Assembly: GCA_963650385.1 (NCBI GenBank)
Contig: CAVJLL010000005.1
Span: 5,959 to 69,958, forward strand
Origin: Clostridium sp. CAG:508
GTDB taxonomy: Bacteria > Bacillota > Clostridia > Lachnospirales > Lachnospiraceae
Length of the DNA stretch: 64,000 nt
Reading direction: 5' to 3'
Positions 8,666 to 17,178 of this stretch are shown here, piece by piece (the first letter of the stretch is position 1; every line of letters starts with the position of its first letter). A program made the translations under genes and the position numbers. Under the pieces are notes generated by a model. The model searched no databases, was not told the DNA's origin, and saw nothing but the letters and a program-made list of their open reading frames with translations.

Positions 8666-9991
8666 ATGAACAAGAACAATTTTGCGCTTTCGGCTCCAAA
8701 GGGCTGGAACAGCTATGACTACTACGACACCTCCGTCACGGAAAAGGAGATCATGGCCAACGCCGATTATATGGCAGAGCATCTGAAGAGCTTTGGTTAT
8801 GAATACATCGTGGTTGACATCGAATGGTATTCCCGGGATGCCGGCACGAGACGCCCCGAGGTGCAGTACATTCCCTTCGGCGACGACGCCATGGATTCGT
8901 ACGGGCGGCTTCAGCCGGCAGAGAACCGCTTTCCCTCCTCTGCAGACGGCTCCGGCTTCACGCAGCTCGCCGCCTATGTACATAATCTCGGCCTGAAATT
9001 CGGCATCCACATCATGCGAGGCATTCCCCGCGCGGCAGCCTTCCGTCATCTGCCGGTCCTCGGTACGGATACCACAGCCGATCAGGTTGCAGATCCTTAC
9101 TCCATCTGCCCGTGGAACCCGGATATGTACGGCGTACGGAACACGCCCGACGGACAAGCCTACTACGACTCTCTGATTCAGATGTATGCGGACTGGGGCG
9201 TCGATTTCATCAAGTGCGATGACATCTGTGATTCCAGACAATACCCGGACAACGGACTGACCGAGGTGTTTTCCGGCTGGCACGAGACAGAAATGATTCA
9301 TAAGGCGATCCTTAAAACCGGACGCAGCATTGTTCTGTCCCTGTCTCCGGGACCGGCCCATGTGGACAAAGCCTGGTTCTACGCGCAGAACGCCAATATG
9401 TGGCGCATCACCGATGACTTCTGGGACAGCTGGCCGCTCCTGCTGGATATGTTCCAGCGCTGCGAAAAATGGCAGAACCACGTCTCCTGCGGCTGCTATC
9501 CGGACTGCGACATGCTCCCCATCGGTGCAATCGGAAAGACCTTCGGCAGTGAGCGCCGCTCCGCCTTTACTGAAAATGAGCTCCGCACCATGCTGACGCT
9601 CTGGAATATCTTCGGAGCACCGCTCATGATCGGCGGCGAGCTGACGCTTCTGAATAATAAAGAGCTGCGCATGCTCACGAATAAGGAGCTCCTGACACTG
9701 AACGACGGGCAGCACTTCGGACAGCAGGTACAAAGAGATTCCGAGACCTCGGTCTGGACGTGCACCGACTGTCACGACGGAACCATTACCGCTGCCATCT
9801 TCAACCTGTCCGATGAGGACGGAGAGCGCACTGTTTCCTTTGAGCAGCTCGGTCTGGCGGCACAGGACGGCTCCGCCCCCGATGAAATCCGGCTTCATGA
9901 GCTGTGGGATAAAACAAATCACACCGCTCGCGGCGGTGTGATTACGGCCGGCATTCCGGCCCACGGCGTAAAGGTTTACCGCCTGCTGTAG
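8666..9991 (+). CDS. GH27-family alpha-galactosidase-like glycoside hydrolase
   Basis: GWNSYDYY near the N-terminus, GVDFIKCDD (nucleophile region) and MWRITDDFWDSW (acid/base region) match the GH27 pattern. ATG at 8666 with a GGAAGGGGA RBS. Confidence 0.8.
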   Translation: MNKNNFALSAPKGWNSYDYYDTSVTEKEIMANADYMAEHLKSFGYEYIVVDIEWYSRDAGTRRPEVQYIPFGDDAMDSYGRLQPAENRFPSSADGSGFTQLAAYVHNLGLKFGIHIMRGIPRAAAFRHLPVLGTDTTADQVADPYSICPWNPDMYGVRNTPDGQAYYDSLIQMYADWGVDFIKCDDICDSRQYPDNGLTEVFSGWHETEMIHKAILKTGRSIVLSLSPGPAHVDKAWFYAQNANMWRITDDFWDSWPLLLDMFQRCEKWQNHVSCGCYPDCDMLPIGAIGKTFGSERRSAFTENELRTMLTLWNIFGAPLMIGGELTLLNNKELRMLTNKELLTLNDGQHFGQQVQRDSETSVWTCTDCHDGTITAAIFNLSDEDGERTVSFEQLGLAAQDGSAPDEIRLHELWDKTNHTARGGVITAGIPAHGVKVYRLL

Positions 9992-10045
9992 AGAACGCCG
10001 ATGGATCGCTGTCAGCGGAACAAGAATTCCCTCTGACAGATGAAC

Positions 10046-10804
10046 TCAGGTCTTTTCCTTATGACGGCGAATGTACCGCACATACAGGAAAAGGCCTGCT
10101 GCAGCTGCAGCGCACAGCGCAGTATACAACAGCACCTCGGAGGAATCTCCCGTCCCTTCGCCCCGGCTTGCCGGCTGTGTCTGCGCACTTTCTGCCTCCT
10201 GCGGTTGGCTGACCGCCTCCGCCGGCGCCGTCTTTGTTTCCTGCGCCTTCACCTCGGCTTTCGCCGGTTTCCTGGTTGTCTTCGGGCAGACCTTGCAGTT
10301 CCAGTCCCGGAAGGACAGATTGCTCCCGCTTAAGGTCGGAACAGCTATGATCAGCGGAAGCGCCGTTTCATAGGCATCCTCTTTGTCCGCACCGCTCTGC
10401 CAGATCAGATATATACCGGCGGACAGGCCATTGCAGTACGCATTTCCTGCTGCATCCGTTTCCTGTGTCCGGGTCGTCTTTTTCTGCGAGGAATCCAGCT
10501 TCTCCCAGGCCGTAAGGAGCTTTTGTGCCGTGTCCTTATTGCTCCAGAAGGATGGCTCCCGCGGATTCAGTCCGCTCCCCTCATATTCCGAACGCAGTGT
10601 GTACACCGCACCTTTATCATTCAATTCTGTATCGGCAACGCATACAACCGAGAACTCTGCTCCCTGCACTGCTGTTTTCCCACTGTCGCAGGTGTACGAA
10701 ATCTGAACCTGTCCCGTTTTCCCCGCCTGCACCGGCAGGACAATGCCCGCCAGCAGCACAATTGTCATCATTGCCGGCATCACGCAGCTTACCAGCTTTT
10801 TCAT
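10046..10804 (-). CDS. Pilin subunit (minor/basal candidate) with SpaA/CnaB-type fold and non-canonical sorting signal
   Basis: Signal peptide, then GAEFSV...DAAGNAYCNGLSAGIYLIWQ (CnaB-like). The C-terminus is GEGTGDSS followed by a hydrophobic helix and RYIRRHKEKT. Last gene of the pilus operon, with an ATGA overlap with the sortase. Confidence 0.75.
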   Translation of the reverse strand: MKKLVSCVMPAMMTIVLLAGIVLPVQAGKTGQVQISYTCDSGKTAVQGAEFSVVCVADTELNDKGAVYTLRSEYEGSGLNPREPSFWSNKDTAQKLLTAWEKLDSSQKKTTRTQETDAAGNAYCNGLSAGIYLIWQSGADKEDAYETALPLIIAVPTLSGSNLSFRDWNCKVCPKTTRKPAKAEVKAQETKTAPAEAVSQPQEAESAQTQPASRGEGTGDSSEVLLYTALCAAAAAGLFLYVRYIRRHKEKT

Positions 10805-11784
10805 CCTAACCTCCTGCATTTCCTTTTTGCCCTTTCCAGATCAATGGTCCATATCCACAAAAGCCGGCATATTCCTGCCGCTGCTCCGGCCGCCGCACAG
10901 CCAAGGACCAGAATCGGCTGCCGGTACCAGCGGCGCTTCACGGTATTTCCTGCATTCGTTCCGTTTTCCGCTTCTGCGGCCCCCTCCGCGCTCTCCAATA
11001 CTCCACCTGCTGCCGTATCCGGCTGCTGCAGCATTTCCTGACGGGTGAGTGCTGCCTGCAATTCCTCCAGCCTCGTCCCTGTCACGAGCAGCCGGTGCGT
11101 ATTGATGCCGTACGGCGTACAGGTGACCAACGTAATCCGGTCCTCTCCGTCTGTGATCCGCAAATTTTCCGTCTCCTCCGGCAGCACCGTCTGAATCTGT
11201 GTCACCGAATACGTCAGCTCCTCTCCCAGAACCGAAACCGTAAAGGTATCTCCGTACTCCAGCTGATCCAGATCCGTAAACAAAGCCGCAGACGGAAGTC
11301 CTCTGTGCCCGGTCAGAACTGCATGCGTTCCCTCGCCTCCGACAGGGAGGCTGGAGCCCTCCAGGTGTCCCACTCCCTTGGCCAGCACCTCATCGGTCGT
11401 TCCATGATAGATTGGAAGGTGTACCAGTATTTTCGGAATCTCCAGATATCCCATAATTCCGCTTCCGTCCATGTCCAGCACTTCTTCATAGGTTCTATGC
11501 TCCTCCTTGGTCGGTTCACAGCGCATTCCTCCGCCCGCTTCCAGCAGCTCCCGGTTCCACTGCCTTGCCGCTGCCAGCTTCTCCCGAAGCGTTCCGTCCT
11601 CTGCATATTCCCACAGGGATTCCCGGTATTCGACAATCATCCGGTCCGATACGCGCTGATTCCAGGCATCGCTGATCAGCGGGTAAAACCCGGTCCCGAG
11701 GATGAGCAGCAGCATCAGCAGCTCCGCCGTTTTCCGGGCGGCGCGAAGTCTTACCGATTTCTCTTTTTGCCTGCCAGCTTCCAA
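10801..11784 (-). CDS. Class C (pilus-assembly) sortase
   Basis: TLVTCTPYGINTHRLLV catalytic-Cys motif, HAVLTGHRG His region, and N- and C-terminal TM segments. The only upstream in-frame start is TTG at 11784, so the start is uncertain. Confidence 0.9.
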   Translation of the reverse strand: MEAGRQKEKSVRLRAARKTAELLMLLLILGTGFYPLISDAWNQRVSDRMIVEYRESLWEYAEDGTLREKLAAARQWNRELLEAGGGMRCEPTKEEHRTYEEVLDMDGSGIMGYLEIPKILVHLPIYHGTTDEVLAKGVGHLEGSSLPVGGEGTHAVLTGHRGLPSAALFTDLDQLEYGDTFTVSVLGEELTYSVTQIQTVLPEETENLRITDGEDRITLVTCTPYGINTHRLLVTGTRLEELQAALTRQEMLQQPDTAAGGVLESAEGAAEAENGTNAGNTVKRRWYRQPILVLGCAAAGAAAGICRLLWIWTIDLERAKRKCRRLG

Positions 11785-13502
11785 ATCACGAATCCTCCCG
11801 ACATCCCTGCTGCCGCCAGCACAAAGCCCATCGTGCCGCTGCCGCCCGCCGACGGGAGCTGCGCGAGCGGTACATTCAGAATCTCCACATGGTCTCCGGA
11901 TGTCTGGATGGTATTGGTAACGCTTTTGTCCTTCTCGACCACAGGGTTGGATGTGTAGGTCATGGTTCCTGCTGTCTTCTCACTGCCGTCAGCCAGCATT
12001 TCCTTCGTTGTGACGGTATAGCTGGTCATAACGCCGTCCTCCCGGTAGGAGGCCGCAATCGTGATGTGGTATTTCCTGTCGTTGACTGCATATCCGGTCG
12101 GGGCACTGCTCTCCTGCAGGTAATAATCCCCTTCCTGGAGACCGGTGACGCTGATGCGGCCGTTTTTGTCCGACACCGCCTTTTTCAGCAGCTTCGTCAT
12201 CGCGGCATCCTGATAGAGCGTGAACTCCGCTCCCTCCAGGGCGTATTTACTCCTCTGGGTACTGCCTGCACCGGTTCCCGAATAGGTTGTATTCGTCTTC
12301 TCGTAGCTGCCGCCCGCCTTTGTAACCTTATTGAGCTCCTCGGTTTCTGCCTGCTGCGTCTTGGTCCCCTCCTGGTCGATATTGGCTCCCAGCCCGAAGG
12401 TGTACTGGTAGGTCACCGCCGTCTTTTCCTGCAGAGAACTGGAATCCGCCGGATTATTGGAATACTGCAGAACCGCAACATTCGTATTCTCCGCATAATT
12501 CAGCCCCGCCTTCCCGGAAAGTCTGGATGTATAGCGGATTTCCACAGATTTTGTCCCGTTTGCGCGAAGATAGGCATCTGCAAAGGTAATGACAAAGGAT
12601 GTCTTCCCGGCTCCGTAGCTCACCTGCCAGGTGTCCTTCCCCTCCGAGATCGTCTTTCCGTCTACCACCACCTTCAGATCCTTTATTTCCTCAAAGGCAC
12701 CCTTTTCCAGCTCATCCGAAATCCGGTAGACCAGCTGCTTGTAGCTGCTGCTGTAGGAAGGGATCGTCATCCCCTCCATCACAAAGGTCAGCTCCTCTCC
12801 AATGGCTGCAGAGCACCCGGAAACTGCCTTTCCTCCGCGCAGGACGTATTTGCGCAGGTCGGAAACCGACGATTTCAGATACGCGCTGTCGCTTCCCTGC
12901 AGCCAGCCGGAGAAGTCGGTCGTGCCGTCCTGCAGCGTCATCTGATTGGCATCCGCAACATTGACCGACACAACCGCCGGATTATAAACAACGTCCCCCG
13001 TGCCGGTTACCAGCACAAGATATTCTCCCGGCTCTGCCTGCAGGCTCCAGGTTCCGGCAGCCGCATTGGTCATGGTAAGCGCCTGCCCCTTGATCCCCTT
13101 TCCCGCGCCCTCCAGATAGTCCGCAATGTCGGAAATCTCTTTGGCGGTCGGATGCTGGATATCCTGCAGCTTCATATTCGTTTCATCTACCAGCACATAC
13201 CCGGTCAGCTTATCCTCTTCCGAATAGGTGCCGCGCACCAGCTGATAGGCCGTCACCTTTGCCTTTTCCTCTTTCACATTGCTGACGCTGATGGTTCCCT
13301 TCGGGATTTCCGCAGCATAGGCCGGCAGCGGCGCCTTCACCGCAAATGCAGGCATCAGAACCGCTGTGCCCGCTGCCGCCAGCATGAGCTTCACGCCGCC
13401 CAGCCGCCTTTGCTGCTGCAGACCGGCAGTCTTCATGGTTCTTCCGTTTCTTTTCCTGCCGTTCTTCCTTCCTTCGGTCATTATTCCTTTTCTGATTTTC
13501 AT
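11751..13502 (-). CDS. Major pilin (SpaA/EbpC-like) with LPSAG sorting signal
   Basis: 583 aa with a signal peptide and a CnaB-like GAEFTLYQD...GDYYLQESSAPTGY. The C-terminus is LPSAGGSGT, then a TM helix and KKRNR. Confidence 0.85.
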   Translation of the reverse strand: MKIRKGIMTEGRKNGRKRNGRTMKTAGLQQQRRLGGVKLMLAAAGTAVLMPAFAVKAPLPAYAAEIPKGTISVSNVKEEKAKVTAYQLVRGTYSEEDKLTGYVLVDETNMKLQDIQHPTAKEISDIADYLEGAGKGIKGQALTMTNAAAGTWSLQAEPGEYLVLVTGTGDVVYNPAVVSVNVADANQMTLQDGTTDFSGWLQGSDSAYLKSSVSDLRKYVLRGGKAVSGCSAAIGEELTFVMEGMTIPSYSSSYKQLVYRISDELEKGAFEEIKDLKVVVDGKTISEGKDTWQVSYGAGKTSFVITFADAYLRANGTKSVEIRYTSRLSGKAGLNYAENTNVAVLQYSNNPADSSSLQEKTAVTYQYTFGLGANIDQEGTKTQQAETEELNKVTKAGGSYEKTNTTYSGTGAGSTQRSKYALEGAEFTLYQDAAMTKLLKKAVSDKNGRISVTGLQEGDYYLQESSAPTGYAVNDRKYHITIAASYREDGVMTSYTVTTKEMLADGSEKTAGTMTYTSNPVVEKDKSVTNTIQTSGDHVEILNVPLAQLPSAGGSGTMGFVLAAAGMSGGFVIWKLAGKKRNR

Positions 13503-13591
13503 GCAATACCCCTTTCATTTACCCCGGATCCGAGCGGACATCCGCCGTTTCCATGATCCGCCGGCTTTCTCGCCGTGCCGTTTCCGTCAGT

Positions 13592-16000
13592 TCACCCTTT
13601 GACTGCCCCCAGCAGTTTCCAGGCACCCCAGATGATCGCCAGTGCTGCAGCGCCATAGAAAAACATCTCCCGTCCGCTGCCGCCGGTATTCGGCAAATCA
13701 ACCTTTTCCTTCATCGGCTTTTCCATGATGTGGATGAGGAACCGTTCCCCGTTTCCTTTTCCTTCCCGCTTCTCATATCCGCAGCCGGTCTTCTTGCAGG
13801 TGTGCTGATACTCTGCATAGGAAGTAATATCCGCCGTCAGCGCCGATCCCTCTTTCCGGTATACGCCGACAATCACCGGAATGTCCTCCTTTTGCGCCGT
13901 AACCAGCTGTCCGTTTTCCTCCTTCAGTCCGGAGGGAATGGCAATCCGGTAGCCCAGCTCCGGCTCCTCTTCCGGGACAGATGTCGTTCCATCCGGGCAT
14001 TTCCATGTCAACGCGGTCAGGTGCTCCCCAAGCTTGCCTTCGCCGGTGGTATCTCCGGCTGCCGCATCCGCAGGATCTCCCAGATAGACGGTGGAATCCG
14101 TAAACGTAAGCTCCGGGTGGAAAACATGTACGGTTCCCTTTGCTTCCAGATTTGCCGCCTCATAATGACCCGCCTCCAGCGGCTCCACCCGGCAGGTCAG
14201 AACATACTCGCCGCAGGAGGCTGTCTCTGCCGCCCCGCTCTCCCAACTCCAGGCACAGTCCGACAGACTTTTCCCTGCGGGAACATCCATAACGGCGACT
14301 TTTTGTCCGCTGTCCCTGATCTTCAGTTCGTAATGGAGGGATACATAGGCGTTTTTGGTTCCGTCGGGCTTCCAACCCTCCGGTATATTCATCAGGCTCT
14401 CCAGATTGACCTTGTCCGGAACGTATACATTCTGGTCCTTCATTTCAATTCGTCCGCGCAGCTTCAGATCTGCCGCCGGAACCAGATACAGAATTTCCGC
14501 CGTCTGTGTGTCCGCGTTTGCATAAACGCCGGAGCTGCTGCCGTTGGTAGGAAGATGATTGCCCCCGAAAATGGTCTGGGGCCGAATGGTAAAAGATACG
14601 ATGAGCTTGCGTCCGCGAAAGCCCGTTGTGCTCCCCGGATGCACCTGTTCCGAAACGTAATTGGCGGCATAATCAAAGCCGCTGACCTTTACTGCCTCTG
14701 CAGAGACCTCTGTCTGCACACTGCCGGTCACGTCCTGCCGGTCGCCCCAGGCATCGCCGCCCAGATAATCGGAGGTAAAAACCCGCACGGAGCGATCCGA
14801 ATCTCTGTAGAACGGACTCCGGATAAAATCCCGCACCTGTGCACTCGCCCCGAGACCGCAGTCCGCCGTTCCCACATCCTGCGCCATCTGCCGAAAAACC
14901 TCTGTCAGTTCGGATGCGGTAGACGCCTTGTAATAATAGCTCCCGCGGCCCTGCACGGTGGTCTGTCCTGCATCCGAACCGTCCCAGGCATTGGGCACAT
15001 CCATATTCTGTGCATGCGGGTTGTTCGAGCTGACAAGATGCATGAACCGGTTCCCCAGTGCAAACATATTCGCATCGGAGGTGTTGGCATCCATGTCATA
15101 ATAGGCCGCCGTATAATTCGGCTGTCCGTTGGAAACGTAGGTTGGAAGCGCTCCGCCTGCGTTGACGCTGGCCTCCGGCTCTATGCTGATGGTAAACAGC
15201 TCAATTCCCTGCTCCTTCATGGACCTTGCGGTCGCGAGCGTGCGGTTGGCTGTATCCATGACAAAGCCGTCATACTCCTCGTTGCTGGGATAGCCGTCGG
15301 TAAAGAGGATCACCGCGCGGCTCCTGCCGGAATCTGCCTCGCCGTTCATGAGCTCTTCTGCATAGCGAAGGCCCTCATCCGTACGGGTGCGTCCGCCGTA
15401 GCTCATTGCCTGAATGGCCGAGCACAGTGCGTTTTTGCCGCCCTCGTCAACCGTCGTCAAATGGTTGCGGATTCCGCTCCCCGACGCATCGCAGTACTGC
15501 ACCAGGCCGATGCGGCTCTGTCTGCCGTCCGCTGCATTCTGGTTCTGCTCTTCAATGGCATTGACAAAGCCGGCGGCCGCCTGCTTCAGCGCCTCCATTC
15601 GGTTGGCTGCACCGGGATAATCCAGGCGCATGCTGCCGGAGGTGTCCAGCACCAGTACTACATCCAGCGGAATGCTCTCCCTTCGGCTGTTCCCGGTAAT
15701 CCAGGATTCCAGTTCGATCTGAAGTGTGCCGTCCTGATTATTCTGCAGGGATTTGCTTACATGAATTCCATTGTTCTGATCCGACTGTGTTATACTGTTC
15801 CCATCGGTGCCTGAGACAGCGATCTCTTCCGCCGTATACGGCCGGAGCTCTTCCGGACGTTCCTCTGCATTCGCAGGAAGAATAAATCCCCCCAGCGACA
15901 ACAGCATCGACGCGGCAATGGCTCTTATTCTGCTGCAGGTACTGGCCCGAATTGGCCATGGATGCCAAGGTCGTGTTGAAACAATTCTCTTTCGCTTCAT
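13592..16000 (-). CDS. Pilus tip adhesin with von Willebrand factor A domain and LPNTG sorting signal
   Basis: VVLVLDTSGSM MIDAS motif; C-terminal LPNTGGSG, then a TM helix and a basic tail. First gene of the pilus operon. ATG at 16000 is preferred over 16015, which has no RBS. Confidence 0.85.
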   Translation of the reverse strand: MKRKRIVSTRPWHPWPIRASTCSRIRAIAASMLLSLGGFILPANAEERPEELRPYTAEEIAVSGTDGNSITQSDQNNGIHVSKSLQNNQDGTLQIELESWITGNSRRESIPLDVVLVLDTSGSMRLDYPGAANRMEALKQAAAGFVNAIEEQNQNAADGRQSRIGLVQYCDASGSGIRNHLTTVDEGGKNALCSAIQAMSYGGRTRTDEGLRYAEELMNGEADSGRSRAVILFTDGYPSNEEYDGFVMDTANRTLATARSMKEQGIELFTISIEPEASVNAGGALPTYVSNGQPNYTAAYYDMDANTSDANMFALGNRFMHLVSSNNPHAQNMDVPNAWDGSDAGQTTVQGRGSYYYKASTASELTEVFRQMAQDVGTADCGLGASAQVRDFIRSPFYRDSDRSVRVFTSDYLGGDAWGDRQDVTGSVQTEVSAEAVKVSGFDYAANYVSEQVHPGSTTGFRGRKLIVSFTIRPQTIFGGNHLPTNGSSSGVYANADTQTAEILYLVPAADLKLRGRIEMKDQNVYVPDKVNLESLMNIPEGWKPDGTKNAYVSLHYELKIRDSGQKVAVMDVPAGKSLSDCAWSWESGAAETASCGEYVLTCRVEPLEAGHYEAANLEAKGTVHVFHPELTFTDSTVYLGDPADAAAGDTTGEGKLGEHLTALTWKCPDGTTSVPEEEPELGYRIAIPSGLKEENGQLVTAQKEDIPVIVGVYRKEGSALTADITSYAEYQHTCKKTGCGYEKREGKGNGERFLIHIMEKPMKEKVDLPNTGGSGREMFFYGAAALAIIWGAWKLLGAVKG

Positions 16001-16099
16001 TCCTGTTACCCCCATGAAATGATGTTAGACATGACCGACCTTCGCCGGCTTAATGATCGGATGCACCTTGTGCACAAAACGCATTATAGGGGGTTTTCT

Positions 16100-16147
16100 C
16101 ACCGATTGGACGAGTTTGGCACCAGCTGCCGTCAACAGGCACCGATT
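16100..16147. promoter_or_regulatory. Direct repeat CACCGATT x2 (40-bp spacing) in the pilus/LytTR divergent intergenic region
   Basis: CACCGATT occurs at 16100-16107 and 16140-16147, with a related GGCACCAG between them. LytTR proteins typically bind direct repeats, but the function here is unproven. Confidence 0.25.
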
Positions 16148-16155
16148 ACCGTTTT

Positions 16156-16623
16156 ATGCAGAAAATCCACATCGAAATCTCACATCTGTCCCCATCCTCC
16201 ATTGATCTTCTGGCCGAAATGCTCCTGTCGCTCTCCGGAAAGCTGCCCGATGACGTTCTGTTCGAGCTGACCGAAAAAAAAGAGAGCATCACCATTCCGG
16301 TTTCACCCGGAGGTCATGCTCCCACTGTATGCTGCCAGCTCTTCCTGGCGGATCTTCTTTATGTCACTGCCGATCGGCATTATGTCCGTTTATTCTGCCG
16401 GAATCAGACGCTCCGCAGCCGCCTGCGCTTCTCAGAGCTTGCTGCCCTGCTGCCGCCGGACCGTTTCCTGCCGGCAAGCCGGGGGATTCTGGTCAACCGG
16501 GATCACATCATTGCCTGCTCCCGGACAGAATGCACCATGACCGATCACGCGCTCCTTCCGATCTCGCGCAGCAATCGGGATGCCTTTGCGCCTCTCTGTG
16601 CCCGTACTCTTACGCCTCCGTAA
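16156..16623 (+). CDS. LytTR-domain DNA-binding protein (no receiver domain)
   Basis: C-terminal LytTR-like segment (LLYVTADRHYVRLFCRNQTLRSRLRFSELAALLPPDRFLPASRGILVNRDHI). It is divergent from the pilus operon, and its 3' end overlaps the convergent PPIase gene by 14 nt. Confidence 0.75.
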   Translation: MQKIHIEISHLSPSSIDLLAEMLLSLSGKLPDDVLFELTEKKESITIPVSPGGHAPTVCCQLFLADLLYVTADRHYVRLFCRNQTLRSRLRFSELAALLPPDRFLPASRGILVNRDHIIACSRTECTMTDHALLPISRSNRDAFAPLCARTLTPP

Positions 16624-17101
16624 CAACAACGGACCTCATAACCTGCGGAACACGCGGTGCATCGCTCCAGCCCGTCGGTACGGATGCAATCTCATCCAGT
16701 ACATCCAGTCCCTCTGTAATTCTGCCGAAGGCAGCATACTGACCATCCAGATACGCTGCGTCCTGATGCATGATAAAGAACTGGGAGCCTGCCGAATCCG
16801 GATCATTTGCCCGGGCCATCGACAGCACGCCTCTTGTGTGCTTCAGATCATTGGCAACGCCGTTTGCCTGGAATTCGCCCTTAATGCAGTAACCGGGGCC
16901 GCCGGTTCCGTTGCCCTCCGGATCTCCGCCCTGAATCATAAAGCCCTTGATGATCCGGTGAAAGGTGAGACCGTCATAGAAGCTCTCATCGCAGAGCTTT
17001 TTGAAATTCTCCACCGTAATGGGTGCGGTCTCCGGGTAGAGCTCTCCCTTCATGACCTTCCCGTTCTCCATGGTAATGGTTACCTGATATGTCTTTGCCA
17101 T
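16610..17101 (-). CDS. Peptidyl-prolyl cis-trans isomerase, cyclophilin type
   Basis: 163 aa with FHRIIKGFMIQGGDP and SQFFI cyclophilin signatures. GGGAGG RBS. Confidence 0.93.
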   Translation of the reverse strand: MAKTYQVTITMENGKVMKGELYPETAPITVENFKKLCDESFYDGLTFHRIIKGFMIQGGDPEGNGTGGPGYCIKGEFQANGVANDLKHTRGVLSMARANDPDSAGSQFFIMHQDAAYLDGQYAAFGRITEGLDVLDEIASVPTGWSDAPRVPQVMRSVVVTEA

Positions 17102-17115
17102 ATTTACCTCCCTAT

Positions 17116-17174
17116 GCCGCTGTTTTACAGCGGCGGCCTGAGGAGAATTTCGCGAAGGCGAATTCTCCGATAGA
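17116..17174. repeat. Intercistronic double-hairpin repeat, family R3 (copy a)
   Basis: GCCGCTGTTTTACAGCGGCGGCCTGAGGAGAATTTCGCGAAGGCGAATTCTCCGATAG, with stems GCCGCTG/CAGCGGC and GGAGAATT/AATTCTCC. It sits between the proA stop and the PPIase start. Confidence 0.8.
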
Positions 17175-17178
17175 GTTA

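Noticed and set aside
9992-10045. A hairpin (CTGTCAG...CTGACAG) between the convergent GH27 and pilin genes as a terminator
   Set aside because: The stem is only 7 bp with a 17-nt loop and no flanking T/A runs, which is too weak to annotate.
13553-15814. Very long opposite-strand ORFs. Examples: 753 aa at 13553-15814, 555 aa at 11889-13556, 616 aa at 19713-21563, 717 aa at 56549-58702, 599 aa at 23217-25016, 475 aa at 8537-9964
   Set aside because: High-GC DNA yields long stop-free antisense frames. These translations are Arg/Leu/His/Pro-rich with no motifs, whereas the opposite strand encodes clear families (pilins, FeoB, sugar transferase, ABC ATPase, GH27).
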